A DNA stretch of 64,000 bases from Lingula anatina (taxonomy: Eukaryota > Animalia > Brachiopoda): assembly GCA_051362555.1 (NCBI GenBank), contig CM120641.1, forward strand, positions 2,170,001 to 2,234,000, in the 5' to 3' direction. This document shows, piece by piece, positions 38,568 to 51,146 of this stretch (position 1 is its first letter; each line of letters starts with the position of its first letter). The position numbers and the translations under genes were made by a program. The notes below the pieces were generated by a model. The model was not told where the DNA came from. It did no database searches and worked only from the letters and a program-made list of their open reading frames with translations.

Positions 38568-38644
38568 ATTTTTTGCATTATTATTCGCAACATTTTGAAT
38601 ACGCGCATATCTACATTTCGACAGTGCGGTTTCTATGAAAGCAA

Positions 38645-38697
38645 TGACGTCACAATGAATCGTTGCGTGGTACTGGGGATTAGAGGAAATGACGTCA
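38645..38697. promoter_or_regulatory. Two full CRE palindromes (TGACGTCA) upstream of the repeat-protein gene
   Basis: ATGACGTCACAAT occurs twice (cores 38645-38652 and 38690-38697), ~80-130 bp 5' of the ATG at 38567. Confidence 0.45.
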
Positions 38698-39864
38698 CAA
38701 TCAAAACCCATCCGATATAGCCTTAAAAAACGAGGCTGGCAGCGCTGTGCGACATCATGCCATATGGCCTAGATCTACATATGTGTGGATGAATTCAATC
38801 AGCTATTTGATTGCCATTATTTCTGACCCCATTTCCCCGCAAATCCCGCGAAATCTCACGTGAATTTAGGACAAACAAGAAATTGACCTCCTTTTTTTTG
38901 TGTGTGTGTGTGTGCGTGTGTGTGTGTGTGTCCAAGATGGACTCTAGAAGCACATCTACAAACCACATGAGAATTCATGTTCTGATAAGTTTTTAATTAA
39001 CAAATACATGGCAAAGTGCTATAATTGTTAATTTGACACGGATTTACGTACACTGTAGGTAAATTCACGGCTGTTTATAATTAGACATTAACTGTCCTAA
39101 TCCTTGTAACGTATATTTATTTTGTATAATCAAGTTTTGTATTCAAATACGTGTAGACGTATAAATAAATAAATGCAACCCATCAGTAAAAGCAAGTTGA
39201 AAATGTAAGGTCATAACACACAAAATTAGAGGAGTTTTGCAGTCGTACAAGTGTAAGTGCAGGGGTTCGATATTCTCTTTCCTTATTTCTATCGCCAGCG
39301 CACCATGTTCCCATTCTGAGATTTGAAAATCTTGAGAAAGAAAGTGTTGACAGTTAACATTATCATTAGCATGAGAAAAGTTGCTCAATGATTTAGTCGA
39401 TACAGTATTCGTGCCAATTGTTAATTTTAGTTGCACTTTGTTTTCCATTGTTTGCTTCATCTTAGACAGTCGAACGGCATATTTCTAAAAGCCAGCAAGC
39501 AGTTTATGGAGGAACTTCCTCAATTTCCAGTAAGCTCTAGTAGGCTTGAAAAACAAATAACAGATGGTACATTAACTATGACAAAGAAATGGGGAAAAAA
39601 CTTGCTCTCATATCAGTACAAGAAACGCTATTCAAACTGCAAAAGCAAAGGAGGAAAACATTTTTCCATTAGTGGATAATAACCTAAATGGAAATTAAGA
39701 TCAATTTTCTTTTTTTTTTAACAAAGTAATTGTGATAAAAATAAATTCATTTGAATTAATATAGACTGATAATTATGTAAAGGCTATAAATAGTGTTGAA
39801 GAACGAGTAAGTTTCAACATAAAGACCAAGACCCGTAAACCTCGAGGACCAAAAACCGTGAATC

Positions 39865-42086
39865 ATGACGGGATTATTTTGTCTTACAATCTTGATCATT
39901 TCTGTTACCACAGGACAAGGAACACCAAGTTTTTTACAGCGTCCCTCTAACTGCGATAAAGATGTACGACTGGCGTATTCTGTTCTCAGCACACACGACG
40001 TTTATAACAGACTCCAGTGCTACTTGAAATGCCTTGATGAGCCGGCATGCCTCTCCTTCAACTTTGAAGATGTGTCAGAGAACAAGACTCGAGTTTGCGA
40101 GTTGAATTCGAAAATAGTGGACAAAAGAGGAAACAATTTGAAAACAAAAAAGGGCTTTGCTTACTACGAAAAGGTAATTTTTAATATCTGCTACATAAAA
40201 CATTATCTTCTAGTCGCAACAAACAGTATGATATTTCAGATAGCTAGTACATGTTTTGCTTTTCTGAATTTATGATGAAATGAAGTAGTGTTCTTAGAAA
40301 GTTTTCTTTGTTTTATTTTCAGACGAGTGGGTTTGATAATGGTATCCAAAGCTGTACACTAACTGAAACAAGTAAGTCACTTTAATCATGACCATGCTTT
40401 ATAATGCTCCAACATAAAGGACATCTTTTTTTATATACATATAGAGAGAAAACGGTATTCAAACGATCTTTTCAATCTCTCTTTGCGGCTGCTTATATTA
40501 TTCTATTAAATATGGAGGTTTTCTTTCATCTTTCAGCACATGAACATACCAGTATCTAGTTGCAGTTAAAAAATTCCCGACATGCTATTTTACAGATGAC
40601 AGTTCTGATTCTGACATGAATAAATTTTAAGATCTTAATGTCTGTGTCTTATAGTATACAATTGCACAAATCCAAATAAAATATAATATGATGCCATATT
40701 ATATAGCCCAAATAACGACCTGTTTCAATCTTCCAGCATATGTATACACAGATATACATCTCCAGTCTAGGAACTTCCCGACATATTACTTTTCATACGA
40801 CACCAGCGCTTCTGACAGAGCTAAAATCCTTCTGGACGACAGAAAGACTTTCAGAATTCTACGACCTGGATTGACGGGAGAGGAAGGAACTGTTTCCATC
40901 GAGTCCAACGATAAACCGGGTCACTTCTTTCGGTACCGCGCAGACACCAACGCCGTAGATCTCTGGGGAACCGATCCAGAATCTTACAGTCCAGAAACTT
41001 TCTACGAGGACGCTACCTTCAAAATTCGATATGGCACCTGGTTTAACGGGTATTTGGCGTTTGAGGCAGCGTATAATCCAGGGAAATATATTTCTCACGG
41101 CAGCCACCTTTTGTCTGTGAGTTCTTTTCAAGATACTGATGTCTACAAAAACAGCGTTTCTTTTAAAATCCGTAAGTATATTCTGATGACACGTAAACAA
41201 AATTAAGCCCTAAATCTGTATTTTGTTTTCGTTATTTCGTTTTATCAGCAACAAACTGGCGCAATGTCGACATAGGTGCTGGTTTTAGCATCTTGAACAT
41301 CTTTCCTATTCTTGCACAATTTGATGTTAGCCTCTAGGGAATTAAAGCAAGATTGAAGCAAATTGTGTTGGTGTATAGAGTGGTCTATCTTGGTAACTGT
41401 TTAATAAGGAACTGAAAAAAATGATGATCTTGAAACTCGTATACATGTACATGCGTCAGAACAGACTGACGTAAAGGTTCATTCGAGTAAAAATGACAGG
41501 ATTTGAAGAAAATGTTATATTTGGGTGTACCTGGAGGGTCTGAAGTTGCTTGCTTTGACTTCTATCCATGCTTTAAGATGTTATTTATTTATTTATTTTA
41601 TTTTATTTTATTTTATTTTATTTATTTATTTTTTTTTTGACAGTTCCAGCTCCAACTTATCTTCAGAAGGGTGTGAAAATTCAGTCCTATAACTTTCAGT
41701 CTTACTTCATGACCTACGACAGCAATACCAACTACTGCCATATTATCAACGGTGATTCCAAAACCTTCAACATTTGGAGTCCCGGTCTAACTGGAGTGGC
41801 GGGAACGGTGTCCATCGAATCTGTTGACAAGCCTCATTGGTTCTTTCGGTACAAGATCTCTAACTCGGCCTATACCAATCTTGAATACCGACCATCCCCA
41901 GCACAAGGCAGTTCGAATTTTGATGAGGAGGCGACCTTTATCATCAGGCAGGATATTTTATACACCGGATGGTTTGCTCTGGAAGCTTCTACGATGCCCA
42001 ACTACTACCTTCGCCACACTGGATATCGCATGTACCTACACCAACATATTCAAACAAGTCCTGATGCTGCCTTCCGTTTTGTTTAG
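39865..42086 (+). CDS. Secreted PAN/apple + 2x AbfB(CBM42)-like beta-trefoil protein, copy A (411 aa)
   Basis: Exons 39865-40173, 40323-40371, 40737-41171, 41644-42086; hydrophobic signal peptide MTGLFCLTILIISVTTG; PAN pattern CYLKCLDEPACLSFNF...CELN; AbfB-type repeats (LQSRNFPTYYF / VSIESNDKPGHFFR / DATF / FEAAYNPGKYISH). TATA-like TATAAAT at ~39785. Confidence 0.85.
40537..40630 (+). pseudogene. Decayed duplicate of exon-3 start inside intron 2 of copy A
   Basis: tttcag|cacatgaacataccagtatcTAGttgcag...gacagttctgattctgac; homologous to the copy C exon-3 start, with an in-frame stop and a frameshift. Confidence 0.7.
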
Positions 42087-44897
42087 CCACGGCTGTGTTT
42101 CAAAGCTATAGCTATACGTTCTGAGACAAGGGCCCAACATTGCAGTTAACTGTTACGTAAAGAGATCGTAAACGCTCTACATACATTTTACAAGAAGGTA
42201 ATGAATGAACGGGCCCATCCGGCCTTTAGAAAGAGATTTAGGGTGATCTTTTAAAGGAAACCGACTCTTTCCCTGCTCGTTTTGCTAAAAACATTATCTT
42301 TTAATTGCTGCATGCCGCATACCCGTGCTTTACTTTATACCAATGAATATTTAAAATTTTCCTTTGTCGTTTATAAAATTATCTTATTCTGAGCAGTATT
42401 GCAGATTAACGGATGGCCTTGGTCCCCCGGAAACCGTCTAGTTTTAATGGATCGAAAACTGTAATGTAAAACTAAAATGTAAATACATGTGAAAGTAACT
42501 TTTGTAAAAAATTCTCGTTCTTGTAAATGTTGATATCACAGAAGCCGCCAGTTCCCCTCTGTAAAAGTGAAATCGAAATTAACCGATCGAAAGCCTCCAT
42601 CGACTGACAAGGGATGTGACGCACAAAACATCTTTTCTTAATTGACATGTGTTTAGAAAAAAAAACATTTCGTATAGTTTAACTATTCTTTAATGTTAAT
42701 GCCGACGCCGGTGAAGGCGCCAATTTTCGCTCGGAAAATGAAATCGGAGCTTGTTGATCGAAAGCAACTGTCTGTCAGAGACCTTTAGTGGATACAGCAC
42801 AACAGTCCTACCTTATATCCATTATATACATGTACATGCATTTATGGATGTTTTGTTAATACGTGTATAAAAACGAGACACTGTATTGTATTGTATATTT
42901 GTTTTCGTTAAAGTAATTTTAAGCAACTCGATAAATGAAAACTATTTCCACATTGTTACAGAATATTATTTCACATTATGTAGTCTTTTAATTTATTTAA
43001 TTCATTAATTGTAACCATAAAACTGCATTAAATGGATCACAGCACAATTTGCAATCGCATTTTTCTTTCTTTCGTTATTTCACTAAGCAGTTTGTAGACC
43101 TTTATGGTCCCATTCAGAATAGATGATCCGAGTACTAACTGGTCCGCGGACTAAATATGGCCGAGCACGCTTCAAAACGGATGCTGCTGATTACTAATGG
43201 TCTCCCCGCCTCCGCGCAGTCGCTGCAATTCATATTTTGAAGAGGAATTTCACCACATTTGCAGAGATGGAGCAAATGAAAATTTTTTTATCATCATTAC
43301 TTTTGAGAAATTTTGGATGATCGTTGCATGACATAATTTTTTATATTTCCTGGTTATATTTTTCTTATTAGCATTATTAGCATTTTTCTTATAGTGTACA
43401 GAAAGGACACCGACGGTTTTCTGACCTTGGGTGATATCCTTTCTCATATAGTATTTTCAACATTCTTTACATGTTTGCTTTATCAGAGCCAGCAGTCTTG
43501 CCATTTAAACGCAATCGTATCATTTTATGTTGTTAAGATACCTATAAATAAATCTAGGAAAAGCCTACCCTGCCGTACTCCGGTAGGAACATCACGTTTT
43601 ATTGTAGGAACATCACGTTTTATTGACCTAGTGTCTCAAGTGCTGCAATGAAGCAAAGAGATCGATGTCATTCTTTTGTTCCCTTCAACGATGTAAGACC
43701 ATGTTTGGGGACTGGAGTTGTGCGAGAGGATAGGACTATCGATTATGATGGGAAATAAATATGGATTTTTCAGTGAGAAGGGTAGAAGTCTCTATTTGAT
43801 CATCCGGGGCTCCGCGGTGACTTACACATAAACGTATACTGCTATGGGGTCATGTTCTGGGGTTCTAAATATAACTTTTTTTTGCTATAAACCATGCTTG
43901 ACTTGCGTTTACCTTACATAGACAGGGATGTGCACTATATCGCTCTCCCCCCCCCTACCAAATACAAAGGGCATGTCTGGCGAGGAACGCGTTCCCGTTG
44001 ATTACTTGAAATCCCAGAGCTATTTTATTACTTTTTTGTTCCAAAGTATGTGAATGCTATCAGTTAATACTTTTCTATGGAACCATAAATAACTGTTTTG
44101 ATAATGAAGATAAATTGTTCATTTATTCATTTAATTTGCACAATGAAATAACATGCAGCAATTTTTGCCAAATTTAAAGTTAATCTAAATTTAGACATTA
44201 CTTAAAATGGTCCTTAAAACTACAAACCATCAGTTATAGCAAGTTGGTAAAAGTAAAATCATAACACAAAAAGTTGAATTAGTTCGGCAGTTATAAAGCT
44301 CTAAGTGCAGGGATTCGATAGTTCTCTTTCCTTTTTCGATTGCCCAGCGCACCAAGTTTCTATTTGGACATTTTAAGATCAGTGAAAGCGTTGACAATTC
44401 AATTCTTACAGTTAACATTATCGTTTTACATGAGAAATGTTGCCAATTATTTTAATCGATACAATGTTCCTGCTATTTGTTCATTTTTTCGTCTTTTGTT
44501 TCACTCTGTTTGCTTGAACGTTTTCTGCCCGGCAAGCTATTGTTGAAAGTCAGCGGCTAAGTTGCAGAAGAGATACATCTGTTTCCAGTAATCCCAGTAA
44601 TCAGTTTCAGGAACAAACAACCAATAGTAAATATATAACAATGAAGAATGGGAGAAAACTTGTTTAATAATCAGTTTTGAAAAGTTGCTATTCAAACTGC
44701 AAATGCAAAGGAAAATATTGAACTTTCAGTGAAAAGGAAAATAACGATCAAGTTTCATTATTTCATTGTACCTAGGTATTTGCATTGATATAATTCTATT
44801 TGAGTGATACTGAAATGATATAAAATAGTTGACGAGCGGCTAAGTTTCAACATAAAGACCGAGAACCATAAACCTTGAGGACCAAAAACCGTGAATC

Positions 44898-46945
44898 ATG
44901 CCGGGATTATTTTGTCTTACAATCCTGACCATTTTGGTTACCACGGGGCAAGGAACACCAAGTTTTTTACAGCGTCCCTCTAACTGCGATAAAGATGTAC
45001 GACTGGCGTATTCCGTTCTCAGCACACACGGCGTTTATAACAGACTCCAGTGCTACTTGAAATGCCTTGATGAGCCGGTATGCTTGTCCTTCAACTTTGA
45101 AGATGTGTCAGAAAACAAGACTCGAGTATGCGAGTTGAATTCGAAAATAGTGGACAAAAGAGGAAACAATTTGAAAACAGAAAAGGGCTTTGCATACTAC
45201 GAAAAGGTAATTTGTGTTACATGAACATTTTCTACTCGTCTTATAAAAACAAAGTAATACATTTTGGGGCTGGTGCATGATTTTCTTTTCTAGATTTATA
45301 AAAGAAAACATTTGAATTGGGGGGTTTCGTCTGCATTCTGAAAACGAGTTCTTTGAAAGTTTTCTGTCTTATTTCCAGACGAATGGTTTTGATAATGGCA
45401 TCCAAAGATGTATACATCTTGAAACAAGTAAGTCATTTTAAATATCACTCAATTGTGATGCTTCCGACTGCTTTTTGATAGAGGGAGAAAACGCTATTAA
45501 AACTTTCAATGCTCATTTCGTAACTCTCTTCGCGACTGCTTATTTCGACTGTCTTTTTGCTTTTTCTGTTTTTATCTTTCAGCATATGTGTACACCAGAA
45601 TACAGTTACTGTCTAAAAACTACCCTACGTACTATTTGACATATGACAGCTCTGATTTGACGGAGCTAAAATCCTTCTGGACGACTTTGCCTTGTAATGT
45701 ACAATTGCATACAGCAAAATAAAATATAATAAGACACCACGTAATAAGCTATAACCCAAATAACGACCTGTTTTAATCTTCCAGCATATGTATACACAGA
45801 TATACAACTCCAGTCTAGGAACTTTCCGACATATTACTTTTCATACGATACCAGCGCTTCTGACAGAGCTAAAATCCTTCTGGACGACAGAAAGACTTTC
45901 AGACTCCTACGACCTGGGTTGACGGGAGAGGAAGGAACTGTTTCCATCGAGTCCAACGATAAACCGGGTCACTTCTTCCGGTATCGTGCAGACACCAACT
46001 CCGTAGATCTCTGGGGAACCGATCCAGAATCTTACAGTCCAGAAACTTTCTACGAGGACGCTACCTTCAAAATTCGATACGGAACTTGGTTTACCGGGTA
46101 TTTGGCGTTTGAGGCAGCGTATAATCCAGGGAAATATATTTCTCAGGGCAGCTACCTTTTGGCCGTGAGCTCTTTTCAAGATACTGATGTCTACAAAAGC
46201 AATGCTGCTTTTAAAATCCGTAAGTACATTCTATTCGGTCTATTAACACGTGAATGAAATTAAGTCCTAAAAATGCTGACTATTTGATAACTCTTCACAA
46301 AGAAATGGAAGAAATGATGATTTCGAAATTCGCATACTTCTTTTTGCGGCAGAATCGATTGATGTAAGGGTTCATGTGAGGAAAAGGGCAGAAACTGAAG
46401 AAAAATAAAACTTGATTGATTTGACTTTAATCCAAGTTGGTGTTTAGAAATATGTTTTTGCAGTTCCAGCTCCAACCTATCTTCACAAGGGCGTCAATAT
46501 CCAGTCCTATAACCTTCAGACTCACTTCATGTCTTACGACGGCAACAACTTCGTCTACCTTATCAACGGTGACACCAAAACCTTCAACATTTGGAGTCCC
46601 GGTCTTACCGGAGTGGCGGGAACGGTGTCCATCGAATCTGTTGACAAGCCTCATTGGTTCTTTCGGTACAAGATCTCTAACTCGGCCTATACCAATCTTG
46701 AGTACCGTCCAGCGCCAGCACAAGGCATTTCGAATTTTGATGAGGAGGCGACATTTATCATCAGGCAGGATATTCTACACACCGGATGGTTTGCTCTGGA
46801 AGCTTCTACGATGTCCAACTACTACCTTCGCCATACGAATTATCGTATATACTTAAATGAAAATGCCCAAACAACTGATGATGCTGCGTACCGTTTTGCT
46901 CCGTTCTTCGACATCGACACATCATTGCAGATATCTTTATCATAA
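44898..46945 (+). CDS. Secreted PAN/apple + 2x AbfB-like protein, copy B (424 aa)
   Basis: Exons 44898-45206, 45379-45427, 45785-46219, 46464-46945; first three exon sizes identical to copy A (309/49/435); open frame throughout; C-terminal extension APFFDIDTSLQISLS. Confidence 0.85.
45583..45685 (+). pseudogene. Decayed duplicate of exon-3 start inside intron 2 of copy B
   Basis: tttcag|CA TAT GTG TAC ACC AGA ATA CAG TTA CTG TCT AAA AAC TAC CCT ACG TAC TAT... then 1-nt frameshift and truncation after DD. Confidence 0.7.
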
Positions 46946-47164
46946 AGAGACCCTAAGGGCTTTGTATACATTTAACTACATGTACTATAAGAAGGTAATG
47001 TACATACTAATCCGGTCTATGAACGGATCAAATCCGGTCTATAAACGAGCCGGGCCGGTCTATAGAAAGTAAGGAGATTTTTTGGATGGTAATCTTGCCT
47101 TCTTGCACGGTACCTTTCTGCAAGATGTGAACACACCCGACAGAGCGTAATACTGTATATAGTT

Positions 47165-48909
47165 TCGATAGATCATTTCTAGATCTAAGAAGACATCATG
47201 CCTCCTTGACCCTATGCCGACAACTCTGCTCTCCCAGATTCTCCCTGCAATCATTGGTCTCATAACTCACATTGTAAACATTTGCTTTAAAACCGGGAAT
47301 TTTCCTGAATTGTTTAAGTCTGCAATTATCCGTCCACTACTGAAAAAGCCTAACCTAAATGCAGAACTCTTGCAAAATTATCGACCTGTATCTAACTTGT
47401 CATTTCTGTCTAAAGTGGTAGAGCGTGTGATCGCCACAAGATTGTTCAATCACTTAGATGCAAATAACTTGGTTGAGAAAATGCAGTGGGCATACAAGGT
47501 GAATCATAGCACCGAGTCAGCACTCCTTAGAATTAAAAATGATTTGCTATGTGCGGTCGACAGTCACTCCGCTGTGTTACTTGTTCTCTTGGCCCTATCG
47601 GCCGCATTTGATACTGTTGATCATCAGGTACTGCTGTCATTTTTGGAAGAAACTGTTGGGATAAAAGATACAGCACTTAATCTTTTCCGTTCTTACCTCA
47701 CAGGCAGATCACAACAAGTATTCGTGGACGGAGTTCTCTCTGAATTAGCTCAACTTGTCTTTGGTGTTCCACAAGGCAGTGTGTAAGGACCACTCATATT
47801 TTGTATTTATACTTTACCGCTTGGTGCAATCCTTCGTTTTCATGAGATTGGTTATCACATTTATGCTGATGACACTCAGCTTTACACATCCTGCAATATT
47901 AGAAACCCTGAATCATCAATTACTAAAATAGCCAACTGTATTTCTGATATAAGGGGGTGGATGATCAGAAACAAACTCAAGATCAACGATGAGAAAACTG
48001 AATTCCTAGTAATATCTCAACCACACAATAAGAACATTGCCCGCAGTCTTAGCATGTCAATAGGTGCCAGCGTGGTACAAGTCTCATCTCACGCCAAAAA
48101 TCTGGGAGTTTATTTTGACAGTACATTGTCCATGAACAGGCAAATTTCCAACGTATCCAAAACATGTATGTTCAATATTAGAAACGTTGGTTCCTTACGA
48201 AAACATTTAACCGACTCTTCTACAGCAACAGTTATACATGCCCTGGTTACATCGAGACTTGATTTCTGCAACTCCCTTCTTTATGGATCTTCAGAGGAAC
48301 AAATCAAACGGCTACAGCGTGTACAGAATATATCTGCTCGCCTACTAACCCGCATTCCAAAAGACAACCACATTACTCCTGTTTTAATGATGTTGCACTG
48401 GCTCCCTGTCCGAGCACGCATTTTATTCAAACTTTTAACATTTGCACATGCAGCATTTTATAAACTTGCACCTTCTTATTTAAATGAGCTTGTTTCACAC
48501 TACGTGCCATCAAGAAATCTCAGATCAGGTGATCACCTTCTTCTTAAGGTTTATAAGGCAAGATTAGTATCATACGGTGATAAAGCTTTTAAATTTGCAG
48601 CACCAAAAGAATGGAATATTTTACCCATCAGTCTTAGACAAATTGTGGACCCTGGACATTTTAAAAAGGAACTAAAAACCCACCTTTTTAAACAATATTA
48701 TCTTTAAATTCTTTAAAAAAAAACACTTCTTAAGAAAAACTGTTCTTAGTCATAGTTTTAAATTTCCCCTTTTTTATCCATTTTATATATCCATTCATCT
48801 TATAACCATTAGCAATATTTTTCTTTTAATTTGAATTTTATAATTTTTGTAAAGTCTACTGAACACATGTTGGATTTTAGACTATAAATAAATATTATTA
48901 TATTATTAT
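47165..48909 (+). mobile_element. 5'-truncated, inactivated non-LTR retrotransposon (L2/CR1 group LINE), RT region + 3'UTR + (ATT)n tail
   Basis: One frame 47214-48707 broken by a single TAA at 47784-47786 (GVPQGSV*GPL); RT motifs NYRPVSNLSFLSKVVE, LSAAFDTVDH (catalytic D to A in LLALS), YADDTQLY; C-terminal HITPVL..LHWLPV typical of L2-like elements; 3' hairpin agtcta/tagact, AATAAA 48887-48892 and (ATT)n tail. 5' boundary approximate. Confidence 0.92.
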
Positions 48910-49512
48910 GAGATATGTGTAATTTTCCTTAGTCGTTGCAGACTAACTGACGGACGACATTGGTCTCCAAGAAATTCTTCTATTTTAATCGATGAAAATT
49001 TGAGTAGTCTTTAACATTTTAGTGAATACCTGTGAAAGTAATTTTTGTACAAATTTCACATCCTTGTAAATACTGTTGTCACAGAAGCCGTCCCCTCGAT
49101 AAAAGTAAAATTGAAACCTGACGTGCTTGCAGAGTGAAAAACATCTTTCCTTTGGTATGAGTATTCTTTTATATGTATGAATGCTGACTCCAGTAAAAAC
49201 GCCCATTTTCGCATAATAATTCAATATAAACTTGCAATTGTTAGCCACCTTACGCAGACACCACAGTCCTCCTTACAAAAATATGTTAAAATAACCAGAC
49301 ACTATTTATTGTATTGCATTTTTTCGGAAAAGGACATTCTACTTTTTTTTAGCAACTCAGCTGAAATCTCCGCCAAGGAGTCGCATCGTCGTCAACTCAA
49401 ACATGGACGAATACCACGTTTTCTTATAGATATATTTCCTCCAAATTCCAGAATATTATTTGAATAGAAAATGTGTGAAGATCTAAATATGTGTAGAACA
49501 GGACCATCCGCA

Positions 49513-49514
<2 letters not shown>

Positions 49515-49547
<33 letters not shown>

Positions 49548-49571
49548 TGTGTGTGTGTGTGTGTGTGTGTG
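49515..49571. repeat. (GT)n microsatellite
   Basis: Directly visible. Confidence 0.9.
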
Positions 49572-49965
49572 TTTTGATCCTGATAATCACGTGTACAACT
49601 GATTTTATGTCTATATAAAATTGCTTAACAGTGGACAATGCCCCTGTCATTTATAATATTTTCTTTTGTATTTCGGCTATAATAAAAAAACACGGAATGG
49701 GTGCAATGGAGTGTGAATGAGCACATGTTTCAGTCTACGTACAAATAAAAGAAAAAATCTAAGAAATTACAAAAGTAATATCAAAATCTGTAAAAGAGAA
49801 GCACTGATTCTCTACATATTTATACCTTCAGCACAATGCAAACTGGCACCGTAAAGAAAAAGATTGGCCACTAACCATGTGATCAATGGATAAAACATAT
49901 GTCTTAAAGAGTTCAACAGTTATATAGATCTAAGTGCGGAGATTCGGTATAAACTACTTCTGTAA

Positions 49966-50148
49966 GGCCGCATTGACAACAGCAGACTAACTAGTTCGCA
50001 GATCAAATTTGGCTGACCCAATTGAATGCTTTGTGGGAAATCCCGAGGATAATGTATTCAGTGTCTGTTAGGAGATTAGACAGCAGCTTTTAAGTGGGTC
50101 GCCATATTAGATCCAAGGACTAGTTAGTCCGCTGTACTGAATGCGGCC
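49966..50148. mobile_element. MITE-like element (possibly PIF/Harbinger-derived)
   Basis: ~39-bp imperfect TIRs ggccgcattgacaacagcagactaactagt / actagttagtccgctgtactgaatgcggcc; flanks taa / aaa. Confidence 0.65.
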
Positions 50149-50809
50149 AAAGAAGCCTAAGACCACAGATCAAATAGGACCCACCCACTCGTAAGCTTGG
50201 CTGAAAGCTTGCCACATAATCTCCACTAGAAATCTAGTCAATGTTTATTAAGTGATGACTTGACAAGTTTGAAATGGCCATATTTGACTCACGGGCTAGT
50301 TAGTCCGGGGATCGACTGGTTATGAATGCTCTCTCACTTATCTTTCTTTTTTCGTTCGCTCGGCGCACCACGTATCAATCCTGGCATAATTTTTAAAGTC
50401 GTCGGTATAAGCATTGGCAATTCTAAAATATTGCAGTTTACACTATATCATTTGCATTTGGCTGCTCAATAATTCAACCCATATAATACAATATTCAAGC
50501 CATTTGCTATTTTATTTGTCCTTTGTTCTTCATTGTTTGCTTCATCTTGGACAGTGTAACAACCTACATCTAAAAGCCAGCAAGCACTTTACAGAGGAGC
50601 TACCTCAATTTCCGGTAAGCTCTTATGGGGTCGAAAAAACAAACAGGCCTCACCGATAGTAAATAAAATATAATAAAGAAATTAGAGAAAACTTGGTCTA
50701 AAATCAGTATATGAAAAGCTATTCAAACTGCAAAAGCGATAGAAAGCATTTTACCATTAGTAGATAATAACGCAAAAGGAAACTAGGATCAATTTTCATT
50801 AGTAACCAA

Positions 50810-51036
50810 GGGTTCATTCCCAGTGAAACTTTCGTTTTACGTAGATCGAACCAAACTAGATTCTCGCTGAATGCAATTAGATTGATAGATAAACACGGCT
50901 CCTCTTGTTTCCAACTTACTCGTATTACCACCAGGTTTTCTACATTTTGCTCAACGCCAGAAGGATGCGTGTTAATCTCATTCAGCAAGAGTTCCCGTGG
51001 ACTTGGATCGATCTACATTTCATTGGGAATGAGCCC
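50810..51036. mobile_element. MITE-like element in the promoter region of copy C
   Basis: TIRs gggttcattcccagtgaaa / tttcattgggaatgagccc plus inner gtagatcgaaccaa / ttggatcgatctac; flanks caa / taa; absent at homologous positions of copies A and B. Confidence 0.72.
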
Positions 51037-51146
51037 TAAAATAGAGCCCGGTAATTACTTAAAGGCTATCAAAAGAGTTTATGATCCACTTCGTTCCAAC
51101 ATAAAGAACGAGAACCATAAACCTCTAGGACTAAAAACCGTAAATC

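Noticed and set aside
40688-42086. Bacterial contamination or an arabinofuranosidase enzyme
   Set aside because: Canonical GT-AG introns, fusion to a metazoan-type PAN exon, flanked by animal genes; no GH43/GH54 catalytic domain present.
47214-48707. Active or domesticated reverse transcriptase, or stop-codon readthrough
   Set aside because: 5'-truncated (no endonuclease), TAA within motif B and catalytic Asp to Ala; an ordinary dead LINE copy.
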